The notes under the pieces: generated by a model
What the model was told of the DNA's origin: nothing
The model's input: only the letters and a program-made list of their open reading frames with translations
The model's database searches: none
DNA from: an uncultured bacterium
GTDB taxonomy: Bacteria; Lernaellota; Lernaellaia; Lernaellales; Lernaellaceae
Reading direction: 5' to 3'
Assembly (NCBI GenBank): GCA_964534375.1
Contig: CAZHPN010000018.1
Location: 1 to 50,968, forward strand
Length of the DNA: 50,968 nucleotides
Shown: positions 1-8,561 of the stretch, in pieces
How positions within the stretch are numbered: position 1 is the stretch's first letter
Layout of the letters: the number at the start of each line of letters is the position of its first letter
Position numbers and translations under genes: made by a program

Positions 1-860
1 TGCATGTCGGGTTTGATCCGCAACGCTTGTTCGTATTTTTCGTTGGCGGCGGCGAACAGCCGATCGGCCTCGGCCCCTGTTTTGGTCTGGGCCTGAGCGG
101 CGAGGGCGGCGCCCCAATTGTAGAGCGCCTCGTGCTTGTCAGGCTTGACACGCAACGCCCGCTCGTATTTCTCGCCGGCCGCGGCGAACAGCCGATCGGC
201 CTCGGCCCCTGTTTTGGTCTGGGCTTGATCGCTAAGCGCGTTGCCCCAATTGTAAAGCGCCTCGTGCATGTCGGGCTTCATCCGCAACGCCTGTTCGTAC
301 TTTTCGCCGGCGGCGGCGAACAGCCGATCGGCCTCGGCCCCTGTTTTGGTCTGGGCCTGAGCGGCGAGGGCGTCGCCCCAATTGTAGAGCGCCTCGTGCA
401 TGTCGGGTTTGATCCGCAACGCTTGTTCGTATTTTTCGTTGGCGGCGGCGAACAGCCGATCGGCCTCGGCCCCCGTTTTGGTCTTGGCTTGATCGCTGAG
501 CGCGTTGCCCCAATTGTTGAGCGCCTCGTGCATGTCGGGTTTGATCCGCAACGCCTGTTCGTATTTTTCGCCGGCGGCGGCGAACAGCCGATCGGCCTCG
601 GCCCCCGTTTTGGTCTCGGCCTGAGTGGCGAGGGCGGCGCCCCAATTGTAGAGCGCCTCGTGCATGTCGGGTTTGATCCGCAACGCTTGTTCGTATTTTT
701 CGTTGGCGGCGGCGAACAGCCGATCGGCCTCGGCCCCCGTTTTGGTCCCGGCTAGCTCGCTAAGCGCGTTGCCCCAATTGTAAAGCGCCTCGTGCATGTC
801 GGGCTTCATTCCCAGGGCTTTTTCATATTTGTTCGCCGCTTCACCAAATAACCTGTCGGC
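1..860 (-). repeat. 132-bp coding tandem repeat (44-aa TPR-like unit), about 6 copies plus a degenerate first copy
   Basis: Anchor tgca/ttgtc recurs at 1, 133, 265, 397, 529, 661 and 793 (exact 132-bp period). Confidence 0.95.
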
Positions 861-1994
861 GTCTTCTTTGCCGGATTGCAACGCTTTGCCGTAGATCTGG
901 TTGCCCTCTTGCAGCAAACTCAACGCCCGCAGTTCTCGCTCTTCGGGTTTCAATTCCGCGGGGCCTTCAAGCCCCGCTGCGGTCGCCGGGAATTTGGCCG
1001 TCAGCAGAGCGTGTCGCTCCTTTTCTTTGGACGGCTCTTCTTTCTCGATCGTGTCGATCGCCGTTTTGATCTTGCCACGGGCGACATCCAGCACGTCGAA
1101 TTGCCCGGTCGTGGTTGTCGGGATCGGAAAGGGCGGAATCGGCGCGAGAATCTCCAATAAATGGCTGAAAGGTCTGGCAATCAACGCGGGCGGGAAACAC
1201 TTCAGATTTTGCGCCAGACCGACGAAAAAGCGATCCGCATCCGTCGCCCTGACGAAGAACGCGTCTCGGCCGGCGTCGAGAAGTTTTTCCCGAACGTGCG
1301 CCGCCGGGTCTTCCTCACAGTAACCTGTCCAGAACAACTGGAAGTCAAATCGTTCAATGCCGCTGAGGTGGTCGAACACCGGGTCGTTCTCGCCGCTGTA
1401 GCCGACGACGACGACCGGGCGGCCGGCGACGCTGTCGCGAAGGAGCGGGCCGATGTGAACGAATTGTTTTTTGCCTTGCTCGTCCGTATTCACCAAGACG
1501 AAGCCCGTCGATTGGCCGTGGAGGTGAAAAACGGCCTTGCGGGCGATCATCGGGCTTATGAAGATCGGGGCGGCCGCGAAATCGTACACGGCGGGATATT
1601 CGCCGATCAGGGCGCAGGCATTCATCACCAGCGGATCGAAATTGGTCGTTAGAATGCGATCGACATAGCCCGCGCGGACGAGGCAGGCGATGGCGATGTG
1701 CGCCCAATTCATCTTCGCGCCAGCGACGAGGCGTTCGATGAGATTTCTCTGCTCCCCCACGCCCAATTGTCTCATGCAATTCGCATACGTTTTCGGTTCC
1801 GCGCAACAATATGCTTCGTGATACTGCTGGGCTTTTGCGAAATATTCGTCGACAATCCCCTGGGCGGTCGGAATCCCGGCCGAGGCGGAACAGCCGGCGC
1901 CGATGAACAGGCAGGCCTTTTCCTTATGGCCTTCGGCTTGGCGAAAAACGTCCGCGACAAATTCGAGGGTCTTTTCCTCCACCGGCGTCCCCAT
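3..1994 (-). CDS. SIR2-family (SIR2_2-like) domain fused to C-terminal TPR-like repeats; 3' end beyond window edge
   Basis: Translated by hand from ATG at 1994 (MGTPVEEKTLEF...); open to position 3 with no stop (664 codons). Sirtuin motifs LFIGAGCS, ILTTNFD, FHLHGQ, VVGYSG, then repeats YNWGxALxxxAxTKTGAEADRLFAAAxEKYExALRxKPDxHEAL. Absent from the ORF track. Confidence 0.9.
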   Translation of the reverse strand, partial: MGTPVEEKTLEFVADVFRQAEGHKEKACLFIGAGCSASAGIPTAQGIVDEYFAKAQQYHEAYCCAEPKTYANCMRQLGVGEQRNLIERLVAGAKMNWAHIAIACLVRAGYVDRILTTNFDPLVMNACALIGEYPAVYDFAAAPIFISPMIARKAVFHLHGQSTGFVLVNTDEQGKKQFVHIGPLLRDSVAGRPVVVVGYSGENDPVFDHLSGIERFDFQLFWTGYCEEDPAAHVREKLLDAGRDAFFVRATDADRFFVGLAQNLKCFPPALIARPFSHLLEILAPIPPFPIPTTTTGQFDVLDVARGKIKTAIDTIEKEEPSKEKERHALLTAKFPATAAGLEGPAELKPEERELRALSLLQEGNQIYGKALQSGKEDADRLFGEAANKYEKALGMKPDMHEALYNWGNALSELAGTKTGAEADRLFAAANEKYEQALRIKPDMHEALYNWGAALATQAETKTGAEADRLFAAAGEKYEQALRIKPDMHEALNNWGNALSDQAKTKTGAEADRLFAAANEKYEQALRIKPDMHEALYNWGDALAAQAQTKTGAEADRLFAAAGEKYEQALRMKPDMHEALYNWGNALSDQAQTKTGAEADRLFAAAGEKYERALRVKPDKHEALYNWGAALAAQAQTKTGAEADRLFAAANEKYEQALRIKPDM

Positions 1995-2015
1995 TTTTGA
2001 CGAAATTTGTGAATA

Positions 2016-2044
2016 ATAATAAATAAAATGAATAGAGGCGTCAA
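2016..2044 (-). promoter_or_regulatory. sigma70-type promoter of the SIR2-TPR gene
   Basis: Minus strand TTGACG-17 bp-TATTAT in an AT-rich patch about 22 bp upstream of the ATG; no clear SD. Confidence 0.65.
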
Positions 2045-2189
2045 TAATAATTTGCGCCAGATGCGCCGCCGCGCCAGATCGAATCGAAAAAAGTTGCCAA
2101 AATATGCGCGCCAACGTTCAGACCGTGCCGCGCGGAGCGCGCGTGATGCAATTACGAGATCCGAATCACGAGTTACGGGTTGCGGTCGC

Positions 2190-2420
2190 GCGCACTGCCA
2201 CACGTTCCAGATCCTCACCAAGCGAGCCGACCGTCTCGCCGAATTGAGCCCGCGCCTACAGTGGACGCCGAACACTTGGATGGGGGTCAGCGTCGAAAAC
2301 GCCTATTTCCGACGCCGGGTTGACGAGCTTCGGGCCGCCGACGCGGCCGCGAAATTTCTTTCGTTGTAACCGCTGCGGGTGGCAATGTTGGAAGCCAAAA
2401 ACGTACGACGAAATGCCCAA
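2190..2420 (+). pseudogene. DUF5131 (phage Gp37/Gp68-like) remnant
   Basis: HTFQILTKRADRLAELSPRLQWTPNTWMGVSVEN...KFLSL*PL: TAA sits where the family has the E of FLSxEPL. A C-terminal-like TYDEMP follows in another frame; N-terminus missing. Confidence 0.75.
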
Positions 2421-2500
2421 ACCGCGACTGATCGGCTTGCGCAAACAATGCGGCGTGCACCCGCACGGAAACCTGATTTTCCCGACCCAGGCCCGGGATC

Positions 2501-4777
2501 TCACTTGCCTGTGACATCAACCGTAGCGAGCCAGATCGCCGCGTCGCCGAGATAGCCGAGGTTGTACTGCGAGCCGTTGGCGGCGGCGACGAGCGACGGC
2601 AACTGGCCGACGTTGTCGAGGCCGTCGATGGTCCGCACGATCCAGTCGTGCGCGGAACCGGTCGCCAGGTTGAGTTCGTAGCCGACGAGTTGATAAGCGA
2701 TGGCGAGCGCGTCGCCCTCGGTTACGCGGATCGCCGTGCCCGCCGGCAGCGCGTTCGGATCGACCGTCTCCAGCGTCCAGCCGCTCGCCGTGTAGCCGGC
2801 GTGCCGCAGTCCGGCGCCGATGTAAGCCAGTTGCGGCTGTTTCAGCGAATCGAGCGCGATCGAGACATAATTGCCGCCGGTCGTGTCGACGGTTTGCGTG
2901 GTGAACGCGCCGAGATTGCCCTGCGCCAGCATGATCGAGTTGAGGCTTTGATTCGTATAGCCGATGTACACGACGCCGCTGCTGTCGACCGCGATGTCCG
3001 ACCAGGCGCCGACGAGGCCCGTTTGGTCGACGATGGCGGTCTGCCACGAGCCGCTCGCGTTGGTGGCGTATTTCAAGTAGCCGTTGGTGTTGTCGGAGTA
3101 GCTGACGTGCAAATCGCCGTTCGGGTCGATGGCGATCGCGCTGACGCGGCCGACGTCGGGCGAGTTGTCGATGGTGCTCGTCACCCAACTGCCGCTCTGG
3201 TCGGTCGCGTAGTTCAGGCTGAACGTCAGGCCGTTGTAGTACGAAATGTGAATGGCGTTCGACGAGTCGGCGACGATGCCGAAATGCTCGGCGCCCGAGC
3301 CGATCGTGGCCGCGATTTCCTCGAAGCTCCAACTCGTGCCGGAGCCGACGGCGTGCCAGAAGGTCGTGGTAGCGTCTTCCATATAAACGAAGTGCAGGCG
3401 GCCCAGCGAGTCGCCGCACAAGTTCGGGGCGTCGGCGGTGAAGCCGTAGTCGAAATAGGTTTGGGTCCAGCCCGTGGCGTTCTTGCGATAGGCGCCGAGG
3501 GACGCGATCGAAATCGCCACGTCGTTCACCGAGTTCGCCGCGATAAAGACCGGGTAGCCGCTGCCGAGCGGCTGGAGCGTCCACGTGCCGCCGGCGTTGT
3601 TGCCGTACATCACGCCGACGACGCTGTCGGCGTAGGCGATGTGCGTCACGCCGTTGGCGTCGAGCGCCAGCGAAATCGAATCGGCCACATTGGTCGCGCC
3701 GCTGATGCCGACGCTGCTCAGCGCCGAGTACGGTCCGGTGGCGTAGCGCAGGCCGAAGTCGGACCCGTGATAGATGATATGCAGCGTGCCGTTCGACTCG
3801 GCGGCGAGGCCGCTGGCCCGGCCGTCGGGATCGGACAGCGCGAGGGGCTGCGTCTGCCAGGAGGTCGCGCCGCGGCTGCCGACGTCGACCTCGGACAGCG
3901 TGCCGCTGGTGTTGTTGAAGGTCACGTACAACACGTTGGAGCCGTCGACCGCGATCTGCGGGAAGCTGCCGAGGTTGGCGCCGGTCGCGACGGTTTCAAA
4001 TTGCCAGGAGCCGCCGGCGTTCGACGCGTGCCGCAGGCCGACGGGCGTGCGCGAGCTTTCGATGTCGTAGGCGATGTGCACCACGCCGTCGGGGCCGACG
4101 ACGATGGCGCTGTAATGGCCGGCGTCGGTCGTGCCGTCGACGAGGACATCGGCCCAACTGCCGCCTTGGTTGGTGGCGTAATGCAGCGTCTGGGCGAACC
4201 AATCGTAGTAGGCCAGGTGCAGCGAGCCGTCGGGCGCCAGCGCCGCCGACGGATTCGCATACACGCCGAATACGGCCGTCACGTACGGCCAGTCGGAGAC
4301 GCCTTCGCTATAGACGCGCAGTTCGCGGGTTTTTCCCGAGACGATATAGACCTGGCCGCCCGGCGTTTCCGCGATCGCGGCGCCGGAGAACGTGCCGCCG
4401 GAGAGGTATTCGACGTTGATCGTCACGTCGTCGTTGTCGTCGTCGTCATCGTCGGGCGAAACGTCGTCGTCGTCGGGCGACGTGTCGTCGTCATCGGGCG
4501 TGCTGTCGTCGTCGTCGGGCGAACTGTCGTCATCGTCGGGCGAAACGTCGTCGTCGTCCGGCGAACTGTCGTCGTCGTCCGGCGAACTGTCGTCATCGTC
4601 GGGTGTGCTGTCGTCGTCCGGCGAGCCGTCGTCGTCGTCGGGAACAGGCGACGTATCGTCATCGTCGTCGACTTCGGGATGATGTCCGGACTTCGCGTGG
4701 TGGCCTGCGCAACTCAACGCGAAAAGCGGCAGGCAGAACAGCACAACGAACAAAACAAACAAATCTCGGCCAGCCAT
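2501..4777 (-). CDS. Lipoprotein with Asp-rich linker and repeated beta-strand (beta-propeller-like) domain
   Basis: Signal peptide with lipobox-like FALSC; PDDDDxx repeats; recurring HIxY...LxYATN.SGSW...VD units; SD-like GGAGG upstream. Confidence 0.8.
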   Translation of the reverse strand: MAGRDLFVLFVVLFCLPLFALSCAGHHAKSGHHPEVDDDDDTSPVPDDDDGSPDDDSTPDDDDSSPDDDDSSPDDDDVSPDDDDSSPDDDDSTPDDDDTSPDDDDVSPDDDDDDNDDVTINVEYLSGGTFSGAAIAETPGGQVYIVSGKTRELRVYSEGVSDWPYVTAVFGVYANPSAALAPDGSLHLAYYDWFAQTLHYATNQGGSWADVLVDGTTDAGHYSAIVVGPDGVVHIAYDIESSRTPVGLRHASNAGGSWQFETVATGANLGSFPQIAVDGSNVLYVTFNNTSGTLSEVDVGSRGATSWQTQPLALSDPDGRASGLAAESNGTLHIIYHGSDFGLRYATGPYSALSSVGISGATNVADSISLALDANGVTHIAYADSVVGVMYGNNAGGTWTLQPLGSGYPVFIAANSVNDVAISIASLGAYRKNATGWTQTYFDYGFTADAPNLCGDSLGRLHFVYMEDATTTFWHAVGSGTSWSFEEIAATIGSGAEHFGIVADSSNAIHISYYNGLTFSLNYATDQSGSWVTSTIDNSPDVGRVSAIAIDPNGDLHVSYSDNTNGYLKYATNASGSWQTAIVDQTGLVGAWSDIAVDSSGVVYIGYTNQSLNSIMLAQGNLGAFTTQTVDTTGGNYVSIALDSLKQPQLAYIGAGLRHAGYTASGWTLETVDPNALPAGTAIRVTEGDALAIAYQLVGYELNLATGSAHDWIVRTIDGLDNVGQLPSLVAAANGSQYNLGYLGDAAIWLATVDVTGK
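4432..4670 (-). repeat. 21-bp coding repeat, (PDDDDxx) about 10 copies
   Basis: Visible gtc/atc runs; translation SPDDDDSSPDDDDVSPDDDDSTP... Confidence 0.9.
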
Positions 4778-4828
4778 TTTCCCCCTCCCCTTAACTTCCC
4801 CGCGGGCGCCGACTGCGCAAGGAACTTA

Positions 4829-4857
4829 ACTGTAGCAAATATCTCGCGAAATAGCAA
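4829..4857 (-). promoter_or_regulatory. Putative sigma70 promoter for the Asp-rich lipoprotein
   Basis: TTGCTA-17 bp-TACAGT with TG extended -10 on the minus strand. Confidence 0.45.
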
Positions 4858-4971
4858 AAACCCGGCAAACGGGCGCGGCGATCGGGCACGAAAATGCGCA
4901 ACTGTTTGAAATCGCGAGAAAATTGATTCTTTTTCAGTGCAATAACCGCCGCGTCCGGCTGACGCGGCCGC

Positions 4972-6810
4972 TCACTTCCACTGGTAAATGTGGCGCTCGT
5001 AGGGCCGGAAGGAATCCACAAGTTTGCCCTGCGGATTCGCGCGCAGCGTGCGTTCCTCGAAGCGGACGCCGACTTCGCCGGCCGGCTGGAGGCCGTCCAG
5101 CGTGAACGTCACGTCTTCGATCGTGGCGTTGCGCGTGTTGAGCGCGATGACCAGGTTCACGCCCGACGGCAACCGTTTGTGGATGAAATGGACGGCGTCG
5201 GCGTCGACCCCGTCCGAGCCCGCCTGACCCGTGCGCGCCACGGTCGTCGCGCTCGGCAGCAGCCACGAGCCCAGGCCGTCCGGCCCGTTCACTTCGGCGA
5301 AGAATTGTTTCATGCCTTCCCACGGTTCGGGCATCTCGCCGACGTCGATGTATTCGGCTTCGTTGTCGACGAAATAGATCACGCCGTTGATGTCGTGGGT
5401 CAGGCACAAATAGCCCTGCGCCAGCGTCTCCGCGGCCGTGAGTCGTTTTCCCGTGTTGCGCACGTGCTCGCCCTCATGCCCTTCGACCACCGCCCAGAGC
5501 GCCTTGGTCGGCCCGACCTCCTTGCGCATGTTCTCGATCCGCTCGGAGATGTCGGTGATCGGCCGGCCGACGCCCAGCGGATAAACGTCGAACGCCGCGA
5601 TGTCGAAGGCGCCATCGTAAGCCCGGAACGCATCGGGCTTCCACCCCTGAAAGAGCACGATCGCCGGCCGCTCGGGGTCGGCCTTCTTCTCCAGATTGTA
5701 AAGCTGGAGGATGAACTCGGGCGGCGCGCCCCACGTAGCGTCGTTGTGGTCCGCTTCGTCCTTGAGATACCATCCCAGGTTGCCCGGACTGTTGTGGTTG
5801 AACTTCATCACATCGGACATCGCATCGAGGGCGTTGTCCTCGTTGGTGTATTGGTGTTCGATCCAATAGCTGCGGGTGTCGGTGAAAAATTGGCTGGAGC
5901 AGAGCAGCTTGTTTCGCGCGCACTGGTCCATCCAATCGGGAAAGCCCGCGCGCACGCGGTCGTTGTAGCGGCCGTTGGCGTACACTTCCCAGCCGCGCTT
6001 CCACTGCGTTTCCCAGCCTTGCAGGATGATCGCATTGACGTGGTCGCGGGCGAACTGGGTCCACGAACCGGTCCGCATGCCTTTGACCATCACGCCGGCG
6101 ATGAACGTCGGCCCGCGGCCGGGGATATATTCGAGCGTATGGCCGAGGTCGGCGAAGCGGCTCGGCAGTTTGTCCGGCCAGAAGCCGGGCGTCGGCGGGG
6201 GCACCGCGGGGTCCTTGGTCGCCAGGCCGACCCACGTAATCGGCAAGTCGCCGCGCAGATCGCCGTAATCGCCGCGGCCGATGCGCACGACGTAGGTGCC
6301 GGCGTCGGTGTGCGCCAGCGGCGTCGGAAACGCGAGCACGGCCGTTTTCCATTGATGATCGAACTTGCCGCCGATCTCGCCCAGCAGCTTCCAATCGTGG
6401 CCCGTTTGCAATTGGACCGAAGTAGGTTGCAGCAGATTGTCTTTGAAGCGGATCGCCAAAAAGCCGGGCGCGGGCGACGGCAGCGCCTTGATGCGCAGTT
6501 TGGCCGAGTAGTAACTGAACAGGACGCGCGCGGCGATGAAGTTCTCCGCGTGGCGCGGCTTGGTCACCCAATAAAAACTCGTCGGCGATTCGTAGCGAAT
6601 GAATTGCGCCGGGTCCTTTTTGTTGCCCCACAGCCAATAGTTCTCCGGCGCCGGCGGGAAATAAATCTCGGCGGCCGCGTCGAAATCCTTTTCCGTGCCG
6701 AAGTCGGCGAAGCGGACAAATTGCGTGCGGTCGGCGGCCCCGGGCGGCGCGGCCGCGGCGAGCAGCGGCGTCAAACAGACGAGCAATGCGGCAACAATCG
6801 CAATACGCAT
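4972..6810 (-). CDS. Secreted protein, probable glycoside-hydrolase-like TIM barrel
   Basis: N-terminal signal peptide; GWYLKDEADH and DIAAFDVYP motifs reminiscent of clan GH-A-like barrels; SD GGAGGG. Confidence 0.5.
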   Translation of the reverse strand: MRIAIVAALLVCLTPLLAAAAPPGAADRTQFVRFADFGTEKDFDAAAEIYFPPAPENYWLWGNKKDPAQFIRYESPTSFYWVTKPRHAENFIAARVLFSYYSAKLRIKALPSPAPGFLAIRFKDNLLQPTSVQLQTGHDWKLLGEIGGKFDHQWKTAVLAFPTPLAHTDAGTYVVRIGRGDYGDLRGDLPITWVGLATKDPAVPPPTPGFWPDKLPSRFADLGHTLEYIPGRGPTFIAGVMVKGMRTGSWTQFARDHVNAIILQGWETQWKRGWEVYANGRYNDRVRAGFPDWMDQCARNKLLCSSQFFTDTRSYWIEHQYTNEDNALDAMSDVMKFNHNSPGNLGWYLKDEADHNDATWGAPPEFILQLYNLEKKADPERPAIVLFQGWKPDAFRAYDGAFDIAAFDVYPLGVGRPITDISERIENMRKEVGPTKALWAVVEGHEGEHVRNTGKRLTAAETLAQGYLCLTHDINGVIYFVDNEAEYIDVGEMPEPWEGMKQFFAEVNGPDGLGSWLLPSATTVARTGQAGSDGVDADAVHFIHKRLPSGVNLVIALNTRNATIEDVTFTLDGLQPAGEVGVRFEERTLRANPQGKLVDSFRPYERHIYQWK

Positions 6811-6837
6811 GGACCCTCCGAGCCCTGGATGAACATC

Positions 6838-6865
6838 AATCTATGCCTCCGGCGGGCAATGTCAA
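6838..6865 (-). promoter_or_regulatory. Putative sigma70 promoter for 4972-6810
   Basis: TTGACA-16 bp-TAGATT on the minus strand. Confidence 0.45.
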
Positions 6866-6972
6866 AGACGATTCGGAGGCGGCGCGGCGCCGGGCCGGCA
6901 GTTGACGAGAAATTCGCCCGCGTGTAAGCAAAGGTTGATCCGTGGCGAGACGGACCAGAGGGAGTTTGCGCG

Positions 6973-8541
6973 ATGCTGGGATGGCTGCAGCGCTGGCGAA
7001 AGAAAAATCCGACCGAAACCACCGACGCGGCGGCTCCGGCGAGCGGCGCGGCCGACCCGCCGCCAGAGGCTCCGGTCCGCGGCCCGGACCCGGCGACGAC
7101 GACGGTCGCGCGAGCGAGCGCGGCGGCGAATGACGGCCCGCGCATCATTTCGCGCGCCGAGCACAAGCTCAGCCGGCGCAATATCAGCGTGGACGCCCTG
7201 AAGGTCATGGGCCGGCTAATCCAGCACGGCTACAAAGGTTACCTGGTCGGCGGCGGCGTGCGCGACGTGCTGCTGGGCCGCAAGCCGAAAGATTTCGACG
7301 TGGCCACCGATGCGCATCCGGAGCAGGTGCGGGCGTTGTTCCGCAACAGCCGCATGATCGGCCGGCGGTTTCGCCTCGTACACGTGTTCTTCCATGGCGG
7401 CGAGATCGTGGAAGTGTCCACCTTCCGGCGCGGCATTCCTTTCGATCCGGACGGCGACAGCGTCACGCCGAATGAAAACACCTTCGGCACGCCCGAGGAA
7501 GACGCCCGCCGCCGCGACTTGACCATCAACGGCCTCTTTTACGATCTCAAGACCTTCGCGATTTACGATTACGTCGGCGGCATCGACGATCTGAAGAACG
7601 GCGTCGTGCGCGTCATCGGCGAACCCGGCGCGCGCTTCCGCGAAGATCCGATCCGCATGCTGCGCGCCGTGCGGCACAGCGTCGGCGTCGGCTTCGACAT
7701 CGAGCCGGTGACGCTCGCCGGCATTCGCGAGTGCGCCGGCGAAATCGCCAAGGCGAACGCGTCGCGGCGGCGCGACGAATTTCTGCGCGAACTCACCAGC
7801 GGCCGCAGCCGGCCGAGCCTCGAAAAAATGCTCGATCTCGGCCTGCTCGAGGCAATTCTGCCGCCGGCCCGCGACGTGCTGGGGGCGAACGGTCCGCCGC
7901 CGGCGCGGGCGCATTTTCTGGCGAACCTGGGCGCGGTGGACGAAGCGATTCAGCGCGGCCGCGCGGTGCCGCTGGAGGTGATCTTCGCCGCTTTCTGCGC
8001 GCCGTTCGTCGCCGCGCAGGATTTCGCGGCGCCGGATGGCGATCCGCGGCAGGCGCGTGGTTTTCTGTCGGCGGCGGTTCGCGACTACCTCAAGCCGCTC
8101 TTGGCCGAACTGGGCGTCAGCCGCGCCCACGCGGAGGCGACGGCCATCGCGCTGGTCGGCGCGCGTCAACTGACCCAGGCCGCGGCCCGCGGCTCGAGCC
8201 TGCCGAAGAATCTGACGCGCCGGGCGACCTTTCCGACCTGTTTGCTCGTTTGTCAGATCGAGGCGCGCGGCCGGCGCGAATGGCTGCCCAAGCCGCTGTA
8301 CGAAAGCGCCCGCGAGCGCGATTTGCTGTTGTTCGGCCCGTCGGGCCCCGCGCGCGCCGAGGTGGGCCGCCGCCCGCGCCGTCGCCGCGGCGGGAAAAGA
8401 CCCGCCGACCGGCCGCCGCAGGCCGCCCCGGCCGCCGCCGATCCGGCCGCCAAACCAGCGCCGCCGAGTCCGGCCGCGACAGGGAAAGTCGATCCGACGC
8501 TGCGCTTCGACCCGACGACCATTCCGAAACCCGAATCGTAA
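6973..8541 (+). CDS. pcnB: Poly(A) polymerase I
   Basis: VGGGVRDVLLGRKPKDFDVAT, PAP-specific MIGRRFRLVH signature, RRDLTINGL, EDPIRMLRA, Arg-rich tail. Confidence 0.92.
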   Translation: MLGWLQRWRKKNPTETTDAAAPASGAADPPPEAPVRGPDPATTTVARASAAANDGPRIISRAEHKLSRRNISVDALKVMGRLIQHGYKGYLVGGGVRDVLLGRKPKDFDVATDAHPEQVRALFRNSRMIGRRFRLVHVFFHGGEIVEVSTFRRGIPFDPDGDSVTPNENTFGTPEEDARRRDLTINGLFYDLKTFAIYDYVGGIDDLKNGVVRVIGEPGARFREDPIRMLRAVRHSVGVGFDIEPVTLAGIRECAGEIAKANASRRRDEFLRELTSGRSRPSLEKMLDLGLLEAILPPARDVLGANGPPPARAHFLANLGAVDEAIQRGRAVPLEVIFAAFCAPFVAAQDFAAPDGDPRQARGFLSAAVRDYLKPLLAELGVSRAHAEATAIALVGARQLTQAAARGSSLPKNLTRRATFPTCLLVCQIEARGRREWLPKPLYESARERDLLLFGPSGPARAEVGRRPRRRRGGKRPADRPPQAAPAAADPAAKPAPPSPAATGKVDPTLRFDPTTIPKPES

Positions 8542-8561
8542 CCAACGCGCAAAGGGACGCG

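Noticed and set aside
27..755. Plus-strand repetitive 242-aa ORF
   Set aside because: Antisense shadow of the SIR2-TPR gene.
1..790. Diversity-generating retroelement signature (AAC vs GCC/GAC/GGC/TAC differences between repeats)
   Set aside because: Suggestive, but several differences involve non-A sites (GCG/GCC, CTT/CTC, ATC/ATG), the variants recur as two alternating types, and no reverse transcriptase or template repeat is in the window.
1..860. 132-bp repeats as a CRISPR array
   Set aside because: No unique spacers; the period is a multiple of 3 and translates as TPR-like units; no cas genes.
2648..6927. Long plus-strand ORFs 2648-4909 and 4990-6927, and similar shadows elsewhere (e.g. 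30045-31916)
   Set aside because: Antisense to motif-bearing genes; long shadow ORFs are expected in high-GC DNA and these lack recognisable motifs.
6973..8541. CCA-adding enzyme instead of poly(A) polymerase
   Set aside because: Contains the PAP-specific IGRRFxLxH signature.
7731..8561. N-terminal extensions in the ORF track (also on ORFs ending 15990, 20512, 33215, 38963, 45813, 48881)
   Set aside because: They overlap well-supported neighbours; downstream starts with stop/start coupling or SD fit better.
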